Shown here: positions 19,888-29,677 of the stretch, one piece after another
Layout: every line of letters starts with the position of its first letter
Numbering within the stretch: the first letter of the stretch is position 1
Source of the DNA: Erysipelotrichaceae bacterium
GTDB lineage: Bacteria; Bacillota_I; Bacilli_A; Erysipelotrichales; Erysipelotrichaceae
Direction of reading: 5' to 3'
Length of the DNA: 64,000 nt
NCBI GenBank assembly: GCA_009773735.1
Contig: WSYG01000004.1
Span: forward strand, 1,932-65,931
Made by a program: the position numbers and the translations under genes
Notes under the pieces: model-generated
Seen by the model: the letters and a program-made list of their open reading frames with translations, nothing else
Told to the model about the DNA's origin: nothing
Databases searched by the model: none

Positions 19888-20838
19888 ATGAAGAACACAC
19901 TTTCTAAAATCAAACATCCATTTCAACTTCAAGGATCATTAAATAAACCCAATTATTTCGAAGGCTGGTATTTTAAACAAGTTCATCTTGAGCAAGATAA
20001 AACCATCAGCTTCATTTTCGGGATCAGTACTGGTAAACAAGATCCACACAGCTTTGTCCAAGTCATCCAATCAAATCCTTTATCCACAGCTTATTTTAAA
20101 TTCCCTCTAGATGCGTTTAAAGTCGATGGGCAAGCGTTTGTTTTAGATAAGAATCGTTTTAGTTTAAATGAACTAGAACTGCACTTACACCAAGAAGGTT
20201 TGATCATCGATGGGATTCTTTATTATACAGATCATCAACTCTTAGAACACCAAATCATGATGCCCAACATCATGGGTCCTTTTGCATATATCCCCAATAT
20301 GGAATGTAATCATGGGGTCATCAGTATGAATCATCACGTGAATGGAACCCTAAACATCAATCATCATCTTTATACCTTTAAACAAGAACGAGGTTATATC
20401 GAAAAAGATTGGGGTAGATCTTTTCCTAAAAAGTACATCTGGATCCAAGGCAATCATTTTAAAGATCCCAAAACCAGTTTTATGGCCAGTATTGCCGACA
20501 TCCCTTTCTTAGGTCTCTCTTTTGAAGGGCTGATTTGTCAGTTGGATACACAACACAAACGTTATCGCTTTGCGACCTATACCTTCTCCAAGATGACTTC
20601 TTTAAGAAAAACAGAAGATGGTTTTGAATTGGAAATTAAGAAAGGGTCGTCAACTTTAAAAGTGACAGCCCATATCCCAGACAGTGGTGAGCTCAGATCT
20701 CCTCACTTGGGCAGTATGATCAAAACCATCAAAGAAGGACTTGGGGGAAGTATCGACCTTATCTTGACTCAAAAAGGTCAACCTGACCTTCTTCTCACTT
20801 CTGATCATTGTGGAATTGAGATCGAAGGTTATCTTTAA
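19888..20838 (+). CDS. Tocopherol cyclase family protein (VTE1-like; CrtC/AttH-type fold)
   Basis: YFEGWYFK, MGPFAYIPNMECNHG, GYIEKDWGRSFPKKYIWIQ. Confidence 0.85.
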   Translation: MKNTLSKIKHPFQLQGSLNKPNYFEGWYFKQVHLEQDKTISFIFGISTGKQDPHSFVQVIQSNPLSTAYFKFPLDAFKVDGQAFVLDKNRFSLNELELHLHQEGLIIDGILYYTDHQLLEHQIMMPNIMGPFAYIPNMECNHGVISMNHHVNGTLNINHHLYTFKQERGYIEKDWGRSFPKKYIWIQGNHFKDPKTSFMASIADIPFLGLSFEGLICQLDTQHKRYRFATYTFSKMTSLRKTEDGFELEIKKGSSTLKVTAHIPDSGELRSPHLGSMIKTIKEGLGGSIDLILTQKGQPDLLLTSDHCGIEIEGYL

Positions 20839-20880
20839 TCGTTTAGATTAGTGTTTTTAAGATACTAGAAAGGGGATCTC

Positions 20881-21531
20881 ATGAACAATCTGCTTGGCAT
20901 CGTTTTATCCTTTGTGTTTGTATTCATGGCGATTGGGATCTCTACTGTTTTAAATAAAAAATCGATTCTTGATGATGAAGGAAGTCGTAAATTTATTCAC
21001 ATCGCCGTTAGTAATTGGTGGATCTTAGCGATGCTGACTTTTGATGATCCGCTTTGGGCTAGTTTTGTTCCTTTGATGTTTGTTTTCATCAACTACATTT
21101 CGATGAAGCAACGTGTTTTTACAGCCATGGAACGTAAATCTGGTAAACAAGAATGGGGAACTGTTTATTATGCGATCTCCTTGTTGATTTTGGCTTATGT
21201 GACATTTGCGACTGATATTGCGTATATCGGAGGCATTGGCATCTTGATTATGGGCTATGGAGATGGTTTTGCGGCTCTAATTGGGACAAAGTATGGTAAA
21301 CATCGCTTGTGGTTTGGGAAAAGCATTGAAGGGGCCAGTATTGTGTTAGGTTTTGGGATCTTAATCGCAGGGATATTCTTTTATCTCTATTCACCAAATT
21401 TGTGGCTCATGAAAAGTATTATTGTAGGTATTGTAGCCATGGTTGTGGAGCTTTTTTCACCCAATGGATTTGATAATCTGAGTCTTCCTTTAACAGCAAG
21501 CTTGGTCAGCTTTCTTTTGACCATTTTATGA
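20881..21531 (+). CDS. CTP-dependent isoprenoid-alcohol kinase (phytol kinase VTE5 / dolichol kinase family)
   Basis: Polytopic membrane protein; SRKFIHI, GTVYY, GYGDGFAALIG, GKSIEG, GFDNL. Confidence 0.85.
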   Translation: MNNLLGIVLSFVFVFMAIGISTVLNKKSILDDEGSRKFIHIAVSNWWILAMLTFDDPLWASFVPLMFVFINYISMKQRVFTAMERKSGKQEWGTVYYAISLLILAYVTFATDIAYIGGIGILIMGYGDGFAALIGTKYGKHRLWFGKSIEGASIVLGFGILIAGIFFYLYSPNLWLMKSIIVGIVAMVVELFSPNGFDNLSLPLTASLVSFLLTIL

Positions 21532-22337
21532 ACTTTACACAACTAGTCATCGGATTTCTTTTAAGTTTAGGAGTAGCCTTTATCGCCTACAAGAAGGAAA
21601 AACTGACAATCAGTGGTCTTTTTAGCGCAATCCTATTAGGAACGATCGTTTATGGCTTGGGATCTTGGATCTTCTATGTTTGGTTGATGATTTTCTTTAT
21701 GTCATCCCTGTTGATTCAAAAGATTGTTGTTGTATTGTTGCCACGAAAACAAACTGAGAAACATAGTGCTAGAAACTGGATACAGGTTTTCGCAAATGGT
21801 GGACTTCTAGGACTTATCAGCATCATTTACTTTTTCTATCCAACAGATTTGATTGTCTTTGCGACCGCTTTATCTATGGCTGCTTCCACATCAGATACAT
21901 GGGCTTCTGAAATCGGTTCATTGAGCACAGATATTCCATATGGATTGATCAGTCGCAAAAGTATAACCAAAGGATTGTCGGGTGGTGTTACGAGACTAGG
22001 TTTATGGGCTTCATTTTGGGGCAGTACTTTTATTTCATTTACTTATTTAATCTTGGTAACGATGATGAGAGGAGTTCAATTAAACTTACTGTACATGGCG
22101 CTACTGTGTTGTTTGGGAGGATTTATGGGTTCGATTGTTGATAGTATTTTAGGTGAACTTGTACAAGCAAAATATCTTGATGATCATTTAGAAGTCGTTG
22201 AATCAAAACATAACCATCAAGAAAAACTGATCCATGGCTACTCTTGGTTGGATAATAATATGGTCAATCTGTTAAGCAATTTGATTGTTGTTTTACTATT
22301 TAGTGCACTCTTGTCTGTGACGGGTTGGATTAAATGA
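21528..22337 (+). CDS. DUF92 / TMEM19 membrane protein (phytyl-phosphate kinase VTE6 family)
   Basis: FFMSS, RNWIQVFANG, SDTWASEIG, SGGVT, DSILGELVQ, NNMVN; ATGA overlap with the kinase gene. Confidence 0.87.
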   Translation: MNFTQLVIGFLLSLGVAFIAYKKEKLTISGLFSAILLGTIVYGLGSWIFYVWLMIFFMSSLLIQKIVVVLLPRKQTEKHSARNWIQVFANGGLLGLISIIYFFYPTDLIVFATALSMAASTSDTWASEIGSLSTDIPYGLISRKSITKGLSGGVTRLGLWASFWGSTFISFTYLILVTMMRGVQLNLLYMALLCCLGGFMGSIVDSILGELVQAKYLDDHLEVVESKHNHQEKLIHGYSWLDNNMVNLLSNLIVVLLFSALLSVTGWIK

Positions 22338-22729
22338 TGAATGAAAACCGCATTACACACTTAGAAAAACAGTGGGCTGTTTTTAAATACGAAGTGTTGG
22401 AGAAAGATCCAGCAACTTATCAAAAAATTCGTACATTACTTAAAAACAAAACAGATCCTGATGAATCCATGTTTCTTGAACTCATTCAACATGCGAAACA
22501 ACAACCCATTCATAAAGGTCATCAACAAACAGCTCTTGAGCATGTGTGGGGTTACTTTAAACGTATCTGTACTCCACAAGAAAAGACAAAGTTCGAGAAT
22601 GAACTTCGTCTTTGGCTAAATAATGACATTGAACTCATAGAAATCAAACAATCTTTATATTCACTAGCCCTTAAATATCAAGTGACTTATTTGCTTGAGT
22701 CTTCTTATTTTGATCAGGTTAAATTCTAA
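22334..22729 (+). CDS. DUF1722 / YbgA-family small helical protein
   Basis: WAVFKYEVLE, ALEHVWGYFK, KYQVTYLLESSYF. Confidence 0.75.
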   Translation: MMNENRITHLEKQWAVFKYEVLEKDPATYQKIRTLLKNKTDPDESMFLELIQHAKQQPIHKGHQQTALEHVWGYFKRICTPQEKTKFENELRLWLNNDIELIEIKQSLYSLALKYQVTYLLESSYFDQVKF

Positions 22730-23571
22730 TTGTTCTCAATGATGTTTCTCAGATAATCATTCGCAAATACAAGATCATCTTTCCACGTTGGACTTCCGAT
22801 ATACCAGAATTCACCCACAAACAAGGATACGCCTTGTTTTTTAAGTTCACGTAAAGCTTCTTTGTAGTTTGTATCTCCTGTAGAAAACGGAATATCACGG
22901 TAATGGCCTTCGATAATTTCTTTTAAATGAGCTGCGACGATATGTCCTCTACCAATGACTAAATCATCTTCTACACTTGTTTTTGAGATGCGTGATGCGT
23001 TGGTTAAGTTACCAACATCAGGATACACTTGAAGATATGGAGAGTTGTTTTGATCGACATACTTCATGGCTTTCTTAACGGTATCCATAAACAATGTTTC
23101 CATGGTTTCAAAAGCTAAAATTACACCATATTTTGAAGCCAACGCAACACATTTTTTTAGATTCTTTTCAAAACTGAGTTGGGTAGATTCATCATGCTGT
23201 TCATAATAAACATCATAACCTGCCAATTGGATATAACGTACGCCTATCTTTACAGCCAGAATACACGCTTTCTCCATGATTTCTAAAGCTTTGACTTGAA
23301 TACTTTCATCATGCGATCCGATGGGATATTTACGATGACCACTTAAACACAAAGAAACGATTGGAATCCCTGTTTTATGGATGGCAGCTTGTATTTCTTC
23401 AACGATATGTTCATCATCTAATCTTGATAGTTTATCTTGTGTTTCATCAATACTAATTTCCAGATAATCAAAACCACTTGCCTTAGCAGCACCTAGTTTT
23501 TCTTCCCAACTTAAAATGGAAGGCAAGGCTTTTTCATAAAGACCCAACTGATACGACTTATTTTTGTCCAT
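22726..23571 (-). CDS. ulaE: L-xylulose-5-phosphate 3-epimerase
   Basis: [46 protein letters not shown]. Start moved to ATG 23571. Confidence 0.93.
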   Translation of the reverse strand: MDKNKSYQLGLYEKALPSILSWEEKLGAAKASGFDYLEISIDETQDKLSRLDDEHIVEEIQAAIHKTGIPIVSLCLSGHRKYPIGSHDESIQVKALEIMEKACILAVKIGVRYIQLAGYDVYYEQHDESTQLSFEKNLKKCVALASKYGVILAFETMETLFMDTVKKAMKYVDQNNSPYLQVYPDVGNLTNASRISKTSVEDDLVIGRGHIVAAHLKEIIEGHYRDIPFSTGDTNYKEALRELKKQGVSLFVGEFWYIGSPTWKDDLVFANDYLRNIIENN

Positions 23572-24253
23572 AATAGGCATTCTTTCCATGTTTTCTTAGA
23601 AAGTGCTTGTCGATCAGGACTTGTTGCATAGGTGTGATCTCAGGATTCATCATTTGGACATGCCAAGCCATCATGGCGACTTCTTCCATAACGACTGCTT
23701 GATGAACAGCATCAAGTGCAGATTTTCCCCAAGTGAATGGACCATGGCTTGCGACAACGACACCACTTACAAAATTGGGATCGATGTTTTCTTTTTTGAA
23801 AGTTTCTACGATAACGATTCCTGTATTCAGTTCATAATTGCCTTCAATTTCCTGGGATGTCATCAGTCTTGTGCAAGGAATTTCACCATAGAAATAATCT
23901 CCATGAGTAGTCCCATAAGTAGGTATCCCACGTTTGGCTTGAGCATAAATGGTTGCCCAACGAGAATGGGTATGTACGACACCTTTGATGTCTGGGAAAT
24001 TACGATACAGTTCTAGATGTGTGTCTGTATCACTGCTGGGTTTATAATGGCCTTCTACGACCTTTCCAGACAAGTCGACCAGTACGATATCCTCTACCTT
24101 TAATGCATCATATTCAACCCCAGATGGCTTAATGGCGATGATGCCTGTTTCTCGATCGATGGCTGATACATTGCCCCATGTAAAAACTACCAATCCCGAT
24201 TTAGGTAAAAGTAAGTTGGCTTCTAAGACTTCTTGTTTAAGTTTTTCTAGCAT
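23558..24253 (-). CDS. araD: L-ribulose-5-phosphate 4-epimerase
   Basis: [39 protein letters not shown]; functionally the UlaF step. Confidence 0.96.
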   Translation of the reverse strand: MLEKLKQEVLEANLLLPKSGLVVFTWGNVSAIDRETGIIAIKPSGVEYDALKVEDIVLVDLSGKVVEGHYKPSSDTDTHLELYRNFPDIKGVVHTHSRWATIYAQAKRGIPTYGTTHGDYFYGEIPCTRLMTSQEIEGNYELNTGIVIVETFKKENIDPNFVSGVVVASHGPFTWGKSALDAVHQAVVMEEVAMMAWHVQMMNPEITPMQQVLIDKHFLRKHGKNAYYGQK

Positions 24254-24261
24254 CTTTTCTC

Positions 24262-25278
24262 CTAGTCTGTGATCACGTAGACCGCAGCTTCATTTTGGGT
24301 ATGATTACTGGAATGAATCAAATCACAATCCTCTAAATTAACCACATTAAGATTGGCTGGTCCTACACCTTTATCGATCAGGGTTGTTTCAAATTTTCCG
24401 TTGATGAACTGAACCATGAATAGATCGGAGGCTTCACGGCGAACGCCACCTACAAAACTATTGATCCCTTTTATTTTTGCGCCAACCAAGGTATGCGCAA
24501 AATCAATCACATAGGGATAACTGTACACATCTTTGTAAACCCCATTGATCTTCTTATAGATCTTGATCACATTTCCGTGAAATGGCTCAATTGTCATCAA
24601 TTCTTCTTGACCATCATTGTCGATATCGAGGACCGCAATTTCTCCGACAGGTTTATTGAGTATCTGTTCAACTTTCCAGTTTCCTAAATGATCCGGAACT
24701 GTTACTTTAAAAATACCTTGATCAGATGTAAAATAACCACCATCATTTTGCAGACTGCGGGTATATCCATGATTGCGGAACATTCCTTCTGCGATTACTT
24801 TTAAATGCAGTTCTTGATTAAGATCTTGCGGCAGTTCTGCAACATAAATCTTTCCTGCTTTACTCCAGTCTTCTTTATGTTCTTTGCTTTCCGCAATGGT
24901 TGCTCCGATAAAGTAAACTTTCCCGTTTGATTCATAAAGATCAAACCGATGTAGATAAGGCAAATGTAAGATGTCTTTTAATATAAACCCATTATGTTTA
25001 TCATAAGTGACCCAAGTTAAATGAGCACCACTCGGGGTTTCTTTTAAATAGAATCCATTGACTGCCAAAAACTGATTCTTGCGTCCAGGGAGCGGAATCA
25101 TCGACATGGTTCCTCCGCCTTTTTCCCAAACTACTTTTTTATCTTTAAAATCCTTACCGCTATAAGCAAAGCAAGGATAATCTTTTTCTTCGCTGGCATA
25201 AAAGAGATGAAGTTGATCGTCTAAAGTGATGGCTGAAGTCGCATAACAGCGATACATCTCATCTTGATAGAAAAACAA
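24262..25278 (-). CDS. Hypothetical beta-propeller protein (aldos-2-ulose dehydratase / FG-GAP-like); start uncertain
   Basis: Beta-rich repeats, DIDNDGQEE loop, His motifs LHRF, NHGY, EPFHGN, FAHTL. TTG 25278 lies within a hairpin; the alternative ATG 25257 has no clear SD. Confidence 0.6.
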   Translation of the reverse strand: MFFYQDEMYRCYATSAITLDDQLHLFYASEEKDYPCFAYSGKDFKDKKVVWEKGGGTMSMIPLPGRKNQFLAVNGFYLKETPSGAHLTWVTYDKHNGFILKDILHLPYLHRFDLYESNGKVYFIGATIAESKEHKEDWSKAGKIYVAELPQDLNQELHLKVIAEGMFRNHGYTRSLQNDGGYFTSDQGIFKVTVPDHLGNWKVEQILNKPVGEIAVLDIDNDGQEELMTIEPFHGNVIKIYKKINGVYKDVYSYPYVIDFAHTLVGAKIKGINSFVGGVRREASDLFMVQFINGKFETTLIDKGVGPANLNVVNLEDCDLIHSSNHTQNEAAVYVITD

Positions 25279-25305
25279 ATACCGGGTTTTAGCCCGGTAT
25301 TTGTT
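25271..25305 (-). terminator. Strong hairpin/terminator after ulaB
   Basis: 13-bp perfect stem AACAAATACCGGG / CCCGGTATTTGTT with a T run on the minus strand. Confidence 0.75.
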
Positions 25306-25606
25306 ACTTTTTAAACTTTTCTAGAAGTCCGCTGGCTAAGATTTTCTCTTTGGCTTCCGCATCGGAAAGAACATTTCTCAAACCAATGATGATAACCCCT
25401 TTAGCTTCAGCGTCTTTAAACATCGAAACGAAATTTAACGGACAGAAGACAGCATCGTAGGTTGTGGCAGAACTCTTGCCTTCCGAAATGGAACAGTGAT
25501 GGAGTTTGGTGATGTGGACATTCAAATCCTTGAAGGCTTTCTCAACTCTCATCTTCATCATTAAACTTGTTCCGGCACCGTTGGCACAGGATACTAACAC
25601 TTTCAT
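25304..25606 (-). CDS. ulaB: PTS EIIB, ascorbate family
   Basis: SCANGAGTSLMM phosphorylation loop. Confidence 0.9.
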   Translation of the reverse strand: MKVLVSCANGAGTSLMMKMRVEKAFKDLNVHITKLHHCSISEGKSSATTYDAVFCPLNFVSMFKDAEAKGVIIIGLRNVLSDAEAKEKILASGLLEKFKK

Positions 25607-25640
25607 ATTTATTCCTCCTTTGTTGTCATTATTATAAGAC

Positions 25641-27113
25641 TTATTTGTTAACTTTTGCTAAGTAAGCAGGATAATCTTCTGTAACCAAGAAGTATGTGTC
25701 TTTATGACGAGCATACTGGATCTGAGGAATAGCCAACATCCCAATTACGATGATGCCAACGCCGACGAATCCAACGATATCCCCGTATGAAGCCATGAAA
25801 TCTAAGAAGAAGGTGAAGGCTGGCCAAACAACTGCCCAGTCCCACATACCCAAGTAACCGCCGTAAGCAGTCAAACCAACGAACGAAGCAATGATTGCAG
25901 ATCCGTAAACTTGGCATAAGCCAGCGATAAACGGCATCAACATAGCTGCTTTAACTCCGCCTTTATTGTTGGCGAATACAGCGATGGTTGCATTGTCAAA
26001 GAAAACAGGAACGAAACCGGCAACGATCAAGACTGGGCTCTTCAACACAATCAAGCTCATGATCGCCAAGAATTGTCCAACAGCACCAAACAAGAATCCA
26101 ATGGTAACGGCATTTGGAGAACCAAATCCGTAAGTTGCAGCAACGTCAATACCAGCAACAGCTCCTGGCAATAAACGTGTTGAGATACCCTGGAAGGATT
26201 GAGTCAATTCGGTAACGAAGGTACGAACGCCCAACTGTAAGATCGCCAAGTAAACAGCGAAATTCAAGGATGTGGTTAAGATATAGAACGGGAAGGAAGC
26301 AGTAGCTCCTAAGAATTTCTTTTCTACCAAGTATGGTTGACCTAAAACCAACAAGATAACTCCGAAGAATAAGGTCATCAAGATCGCAGTAGCAACCATA
26401 TTTTCATTAAAGATCGATAAGAAACCTGGTAATTCAAGATCTTCAAGTCTCTTCTTGTTTTTACCAAACATCTTCTTGGATAATTCTGAGAATAACGCGA
26501 TCCCAAACATTTGTTGGTGAGCGACACAGAAGCCGGCACCTTCAGTTAGATCTTGTGTATATTCAACGGTCAAGTTCGAACCGACTGCCCAGTAAACACC
26601 CAAGACCAAACCCATAATGATAAGGTATTGTGTTTCCTGTAATTCAGGGAAAACGAACAAGATGAGCCAGAACGCGGTAGAAGCTTGTTGTAACTGAACG
26701 TGTCCTGTGGTGAAGATGGAGCGAAGTTTGGTCCATTTCTTCAAAGCAACCAATATGATATTCAAAATGAAAGCGATAAGTAAGAGAACCATGACGGCTG
26801 TGAATGATTTCCCCATTACTTTCAAGCCTTCTGTAACAGCTGCTTGACCGAAGTATGGGTCAATGACAGTCGCTGTCAGATTGAAGCGGTCTTTCAATCC
26901 AACCAAGATTGGACGGAAATTATTGACCAAGCCCCCTGAACCAACCCCCAAAATCAAATAACCAACTGTAGCTTTGATGAATCCAGCCAAAACTTCATAC
27001 CAAGGTTTTCTCAGTAGTACATAGCCCACAACTACAATCAACCCGATAAAGTAAGCCGGAACAGTTAGGATGTTCGTTGCAAAGAACGTCCAACCCTTTA
27101 AAATAATATCCAT
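25641..27113 (-). CDS. ulaA: PTS EIIC, ascorbate family
   Basis: IDPY, FTTGH, AHQQMFG, FVPVFFDNA, GMWDW. Confidence 0.93.
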   Translation of the reverse strand: MDIILKGWTFFATNILTVPAYFIGLIVVVGYVLLRKPWYEVLAGFIKATVGYLILGVGSGGLVNNFRPILVGLKDRFNLTATVIDPYFGQAAVTEGLKVMGKSFTAVMVLLLIAFILNIILVALKKWTKLRSIFTTGHVQLQQASTAFWLILFVFPELQETQYLIIMGLVLGVYWAVGSNLTVEYTQDLTEGAGFCVAHQQMFGIALFSELSKKMFGKNKKRLEDLELPGFLSIFNENMVATAILMTLFFGVILLVLGQPYLVEKKFLGATASFPFYILTTSLNFAVYLAILQLGVRTFVTELTQSFQGISTRLLPGAVAGIDVAATYGFGSPNAVTIGFLFGAVGQFLAIMSLIVLKSPVLIVAGFVPVFFDNATIAVFANNKGGVKAAMLMPFIAGLCQVYGSAIIASFVGLTAYGGYLGMWDWAVVWPAFTFFLDFMASYGDIVGFVGVGIIVIGMLAIPQIQYARHKDTYFLVTEDYPAYLAKVNK

Positions 27114-27159
27114 AAGTAATCTCCTTTCCTTTTTTCTTATTTATAAAGAACAAATGTTC

Positions 27160-27612
27160 TTATAAATACTGTTTTTGGATACGCAAGAGATCTTCATCAC
27201 TCTTGGCATCAAGTAATGCACTGACAACATCATCATTCATCAACATTTCAGCTAAAGCCATCATGTTTTCTAAATGTTTGTCATGATTGACTGAAGCTAA
27301 GACAAAGAACAAGCGAGCATCTTTTTCAGGATCATTAAGATCGAAATGCACTGGCTCTTCGACTTTCATAAAACTGATGGCTGTATCATTCACCCCATCT
27401 GCACCCTCAGTCGAATGAGGCATCGCAATGTTTGGGGCGATAACAATATATGGTCCATAATCTTTAACACATTTGATGACCAGATCAACATAAGTTTGAG
27501 TAATGGTGTTGTCGTTCAACAATGGAACACAACTGGCCTGAACGGCAGTTTCCCAATCTGGAAAACTTTGATGATAACAAGTATGCTTCTTTTCAACAAA
27601 GGTTTTGAGCAT
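27160..27612 (-). CDS. ulaC: PTS EIIA, ascorbate/fructose-mannitol type
   Basis: GPYIVIAPNIAMPHS phospho-His motif. Start moved to ATG 27612, immediately after the ulaG stop. Confidence 0.88.
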   Translation of the reverse strand: MLKTFVEKKHTCYHQSFPDWETAVQASCVPLLNDNTITQTYVDLVIKCVKDYGPYIVIAPNIAMPHSTEGADGVNDTAISFMKVEEPVHFDLNDPEKDARLFFVLASVNHDKHLENMMALAEMLMNDDVVSALLDAKSDEDLLRIQKQYL

Positions 27613-27613
27613 A

Positions 27614-28672
27614 TTACAAGATCGATCTGAACGGTACGTTCGGCTCTTCTGAGAAGGCATCTTCGAAGCCTCTGCGGAAGTGGAATTGGCGTTTGTCGAT
27701 ATCATCTGGATATATGAATTTACCGCCTACATCCCAAACAAACGGTTTGAATTGATACTGCAGCGTATATTTCTTGAAATCATACAGCATCAGGATTTCA
27801 GCAGGATCAGCTTTGAAGTTGGTCCAAACATCATAATGCAAAGGTATAACGACTTTTGTCTGTAAAGCTTCAGCCATTCTTAGGATATCGATGGAAGTCA
27901 TCTTGTCTTGATTACCGACAGGATTTTCACCGTAAGATCCAAAGGCCACATCGATCTTATGATCTTTACCATGTTTCGCATAATAAATTGAATAATGGGA
28001 ATCTCCAGAATGATAAACATTACCACCTGGTGTTTTAATCAAGAAGTTGACAGCTTTATCATCCATATCGGTAGGGCATACACCGCGGATGTCTTCATCG
28101 GCAGTGACTAAACAAGTTCTGTCGAATGAATCTAGGACTACGATTTCAGTATCTTTTATTTTAATGACGTCGCCTGGTCTTACGGTGACCAATTGATCTT
28201 CAGGGACACCCCATTTACGCCAAATCTCTACACTTTTCTTAGGTCCAATAAATGGAACTTTCGCCTTAACGTTTTGTAAGACAGCTGCAGCCATATTCAT
28301 ATCGATATGATCCGCATGATAGTGAGTAGATAAGACCGCATCGACTGTTGTTACTGAGAAAGGATCATAAACGATCTGTACGCCTCTCAAATTAGGCTGA
28401 AGCAGTTTCCCACCGGTCATGTTTCTCATTTGATGGAAAGGTGCCATCTCTTGAACTTTTCTTGTACGCTTACCATTACCGAACCATGCGTCTATGACGA
28501 TGTTGGTGTTATTTTCAGTTTTAAACCAAATGCCGACACAACCCAACCACCACATGGCGAGTTTACCCTTTTCAACGACTTCCTGATCGATTTCTTCATT
28601 GAGCCACGTTCCCCATTCAGGAAATGAACTTAGGATCCAAGATTCACGAGTGACTTCATCTATTTTTGCCAT
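27614..28672 (-). CDS. ulaG: L-ascorbate-6-phosphate lactonase (metallo-beta-lactamase fold)
   Basis: [54 protein letters not shown]. Confidence 0.96.
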   Translation of the reverse strand: MAKIDEVTRESWILSSFPEWGTWLNEEIDQEVVEKGKLAMWWLGCVGIWFKTENNTNIVIDAWFGNGKRTRKVQEMAPFHQMRNMTGGKLLQPNLRGVQIVYDPFSVTTVDAVLSTHYHADHIDMNMAAAVLQNVKAKVPFIGPKKSVEIWRKWGVPEDQLVTVRPGDVIKIKDTEIVVLDSFDRTCLVTADEDIRGVCPTDMDDKAVNFLIKTPGGNVYHSGDSHYSIYYAKHGKDHKIDVAFGSYGENPVGNQDKMTSIDILRMAEALQTKVVIPLHYDVWTNFKADPAEILMLYDFKKYTLQYQFKPFVWDVGGKFIYPDDIDKRQFHFRRGFEDAFSEEPNVPFRSIL

Positions 28673-28849
28673 AGTTAACCCCTATTCTTTCGTTTATGCA
28701 CCAATAATATTCTAAAGATTTCATTTAAACAAGGGGATTTTATGAATCATACAACCTTTATATGAACACTTAACTTTTTGTCAGCGTTTTCATTTGATTA
28801 TATGAACTTTTAATTGTATATTAATCATATATTTCAAGGAGACTGAATT

Positions 28850-29677
28850 ATGAACGCCATTAATCGCTATTATACAAAAAGAGAAAGAACAAATTTCTAT
28901 ATGAACGTGGTTGTTTTGACGATTTTTATTGGTTATTCGATCTCTTTGATGTTTGAGCAAACAGAGTTTATGGGTGTTGTTTTTTTGCTCATTATTTTGG
29001 TTTTCTTTGCGGGTTCCATGATTCTTAAAGAAATATTGAATTTCTTTTTCCAAAAGGCAATCTTTCAGTTAACTGTTGAATGTGATCCATACACTGCCCA
29101 AGAATCCATGAGGATCGTAAGAAAATATGACATCTTTAAAGGATATAACGTTCCTTATGTAGCTTTTAGTTCCTTGGTTTACATTGATACAGAAAATGCA
29201 CAAGCGATTCTTGAGCTCTTCTCAGAAGACAATAAATTGACCAAGATTGGTAAAGATATGATCTTGATTAAAAGCTATTCACTCTATAAAGCCTATGTCA
29301 TCTTAAACAATAAGACTCAAATCAAGAAAGCCTATGCTGATCTGATCAAGCTCAAAGATTTTATAGGTAAAGGAAAGAAGCTAAGTCCACTATATGCATG
29401 GTTTGACATAGAAGCCGAATACGCCTTACTAAGCAATGATTCAAAAGAAGCCAACAGTATCCTTTCAAAAGCCAATACGACCGCGCTTAACCCTCGGGAA
29501 CAGGCTCATCATTTATATTTAGTAGCGAATGTTGAAACCGAAAGAGGTAACATTACGGAAGCATTGGCCCATTATGGAACAGTCATCAAAATCGCCAATA
29601 AAATGGTGATTAAAGATAAAGCACAACAAAGAAGTAAGGAGTTGAAACATGAAAAGACACAAAAAACTCGTCGATGA
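28850..29677 (+). CDS. Membrane-anchored helical/TPR-like protein
   Basis: Two N-terminal TM segments, TPR-like C-terminal helices (A.HLY..A..E...GN...A..HY); SD AAGGAG; overlaps the DeoR gene. Confidence 0.65.
   Translation: MNAINRYYTKRERTNFYMNVVVLTIFIGYSISLMFEQTEFMGVVFLLIILVFFAGSMILKEILNFFFQKAIFQLTVECDPYTAQESMRIVRKYDIFKGYNVPYVAFSSLVYIDTENAQAILELFSEDNKLTKIGKDMILIKSYSLYKAYVILNNKTQIKKAYADLIKLKDFIGKGKKLSPLYAWFDIEAEYALLSNDSKEANSILSKANTTALNPREQAHHLYLVANVETERGNITEALAHYGTVIKIANKMVIKDKAQQRSKELKHEKTQKTRR

Noticed and set aside
25300..25325. Possible programmed frameshift fusing ulaB to the propeller ORF (TTT AAA AAG TAA followed by a hairpin)
   Set aside because: The downstream ORF is in the +1 frame rather than -1, and the heptamer is T AAA AAG rather than A AAA AAG.
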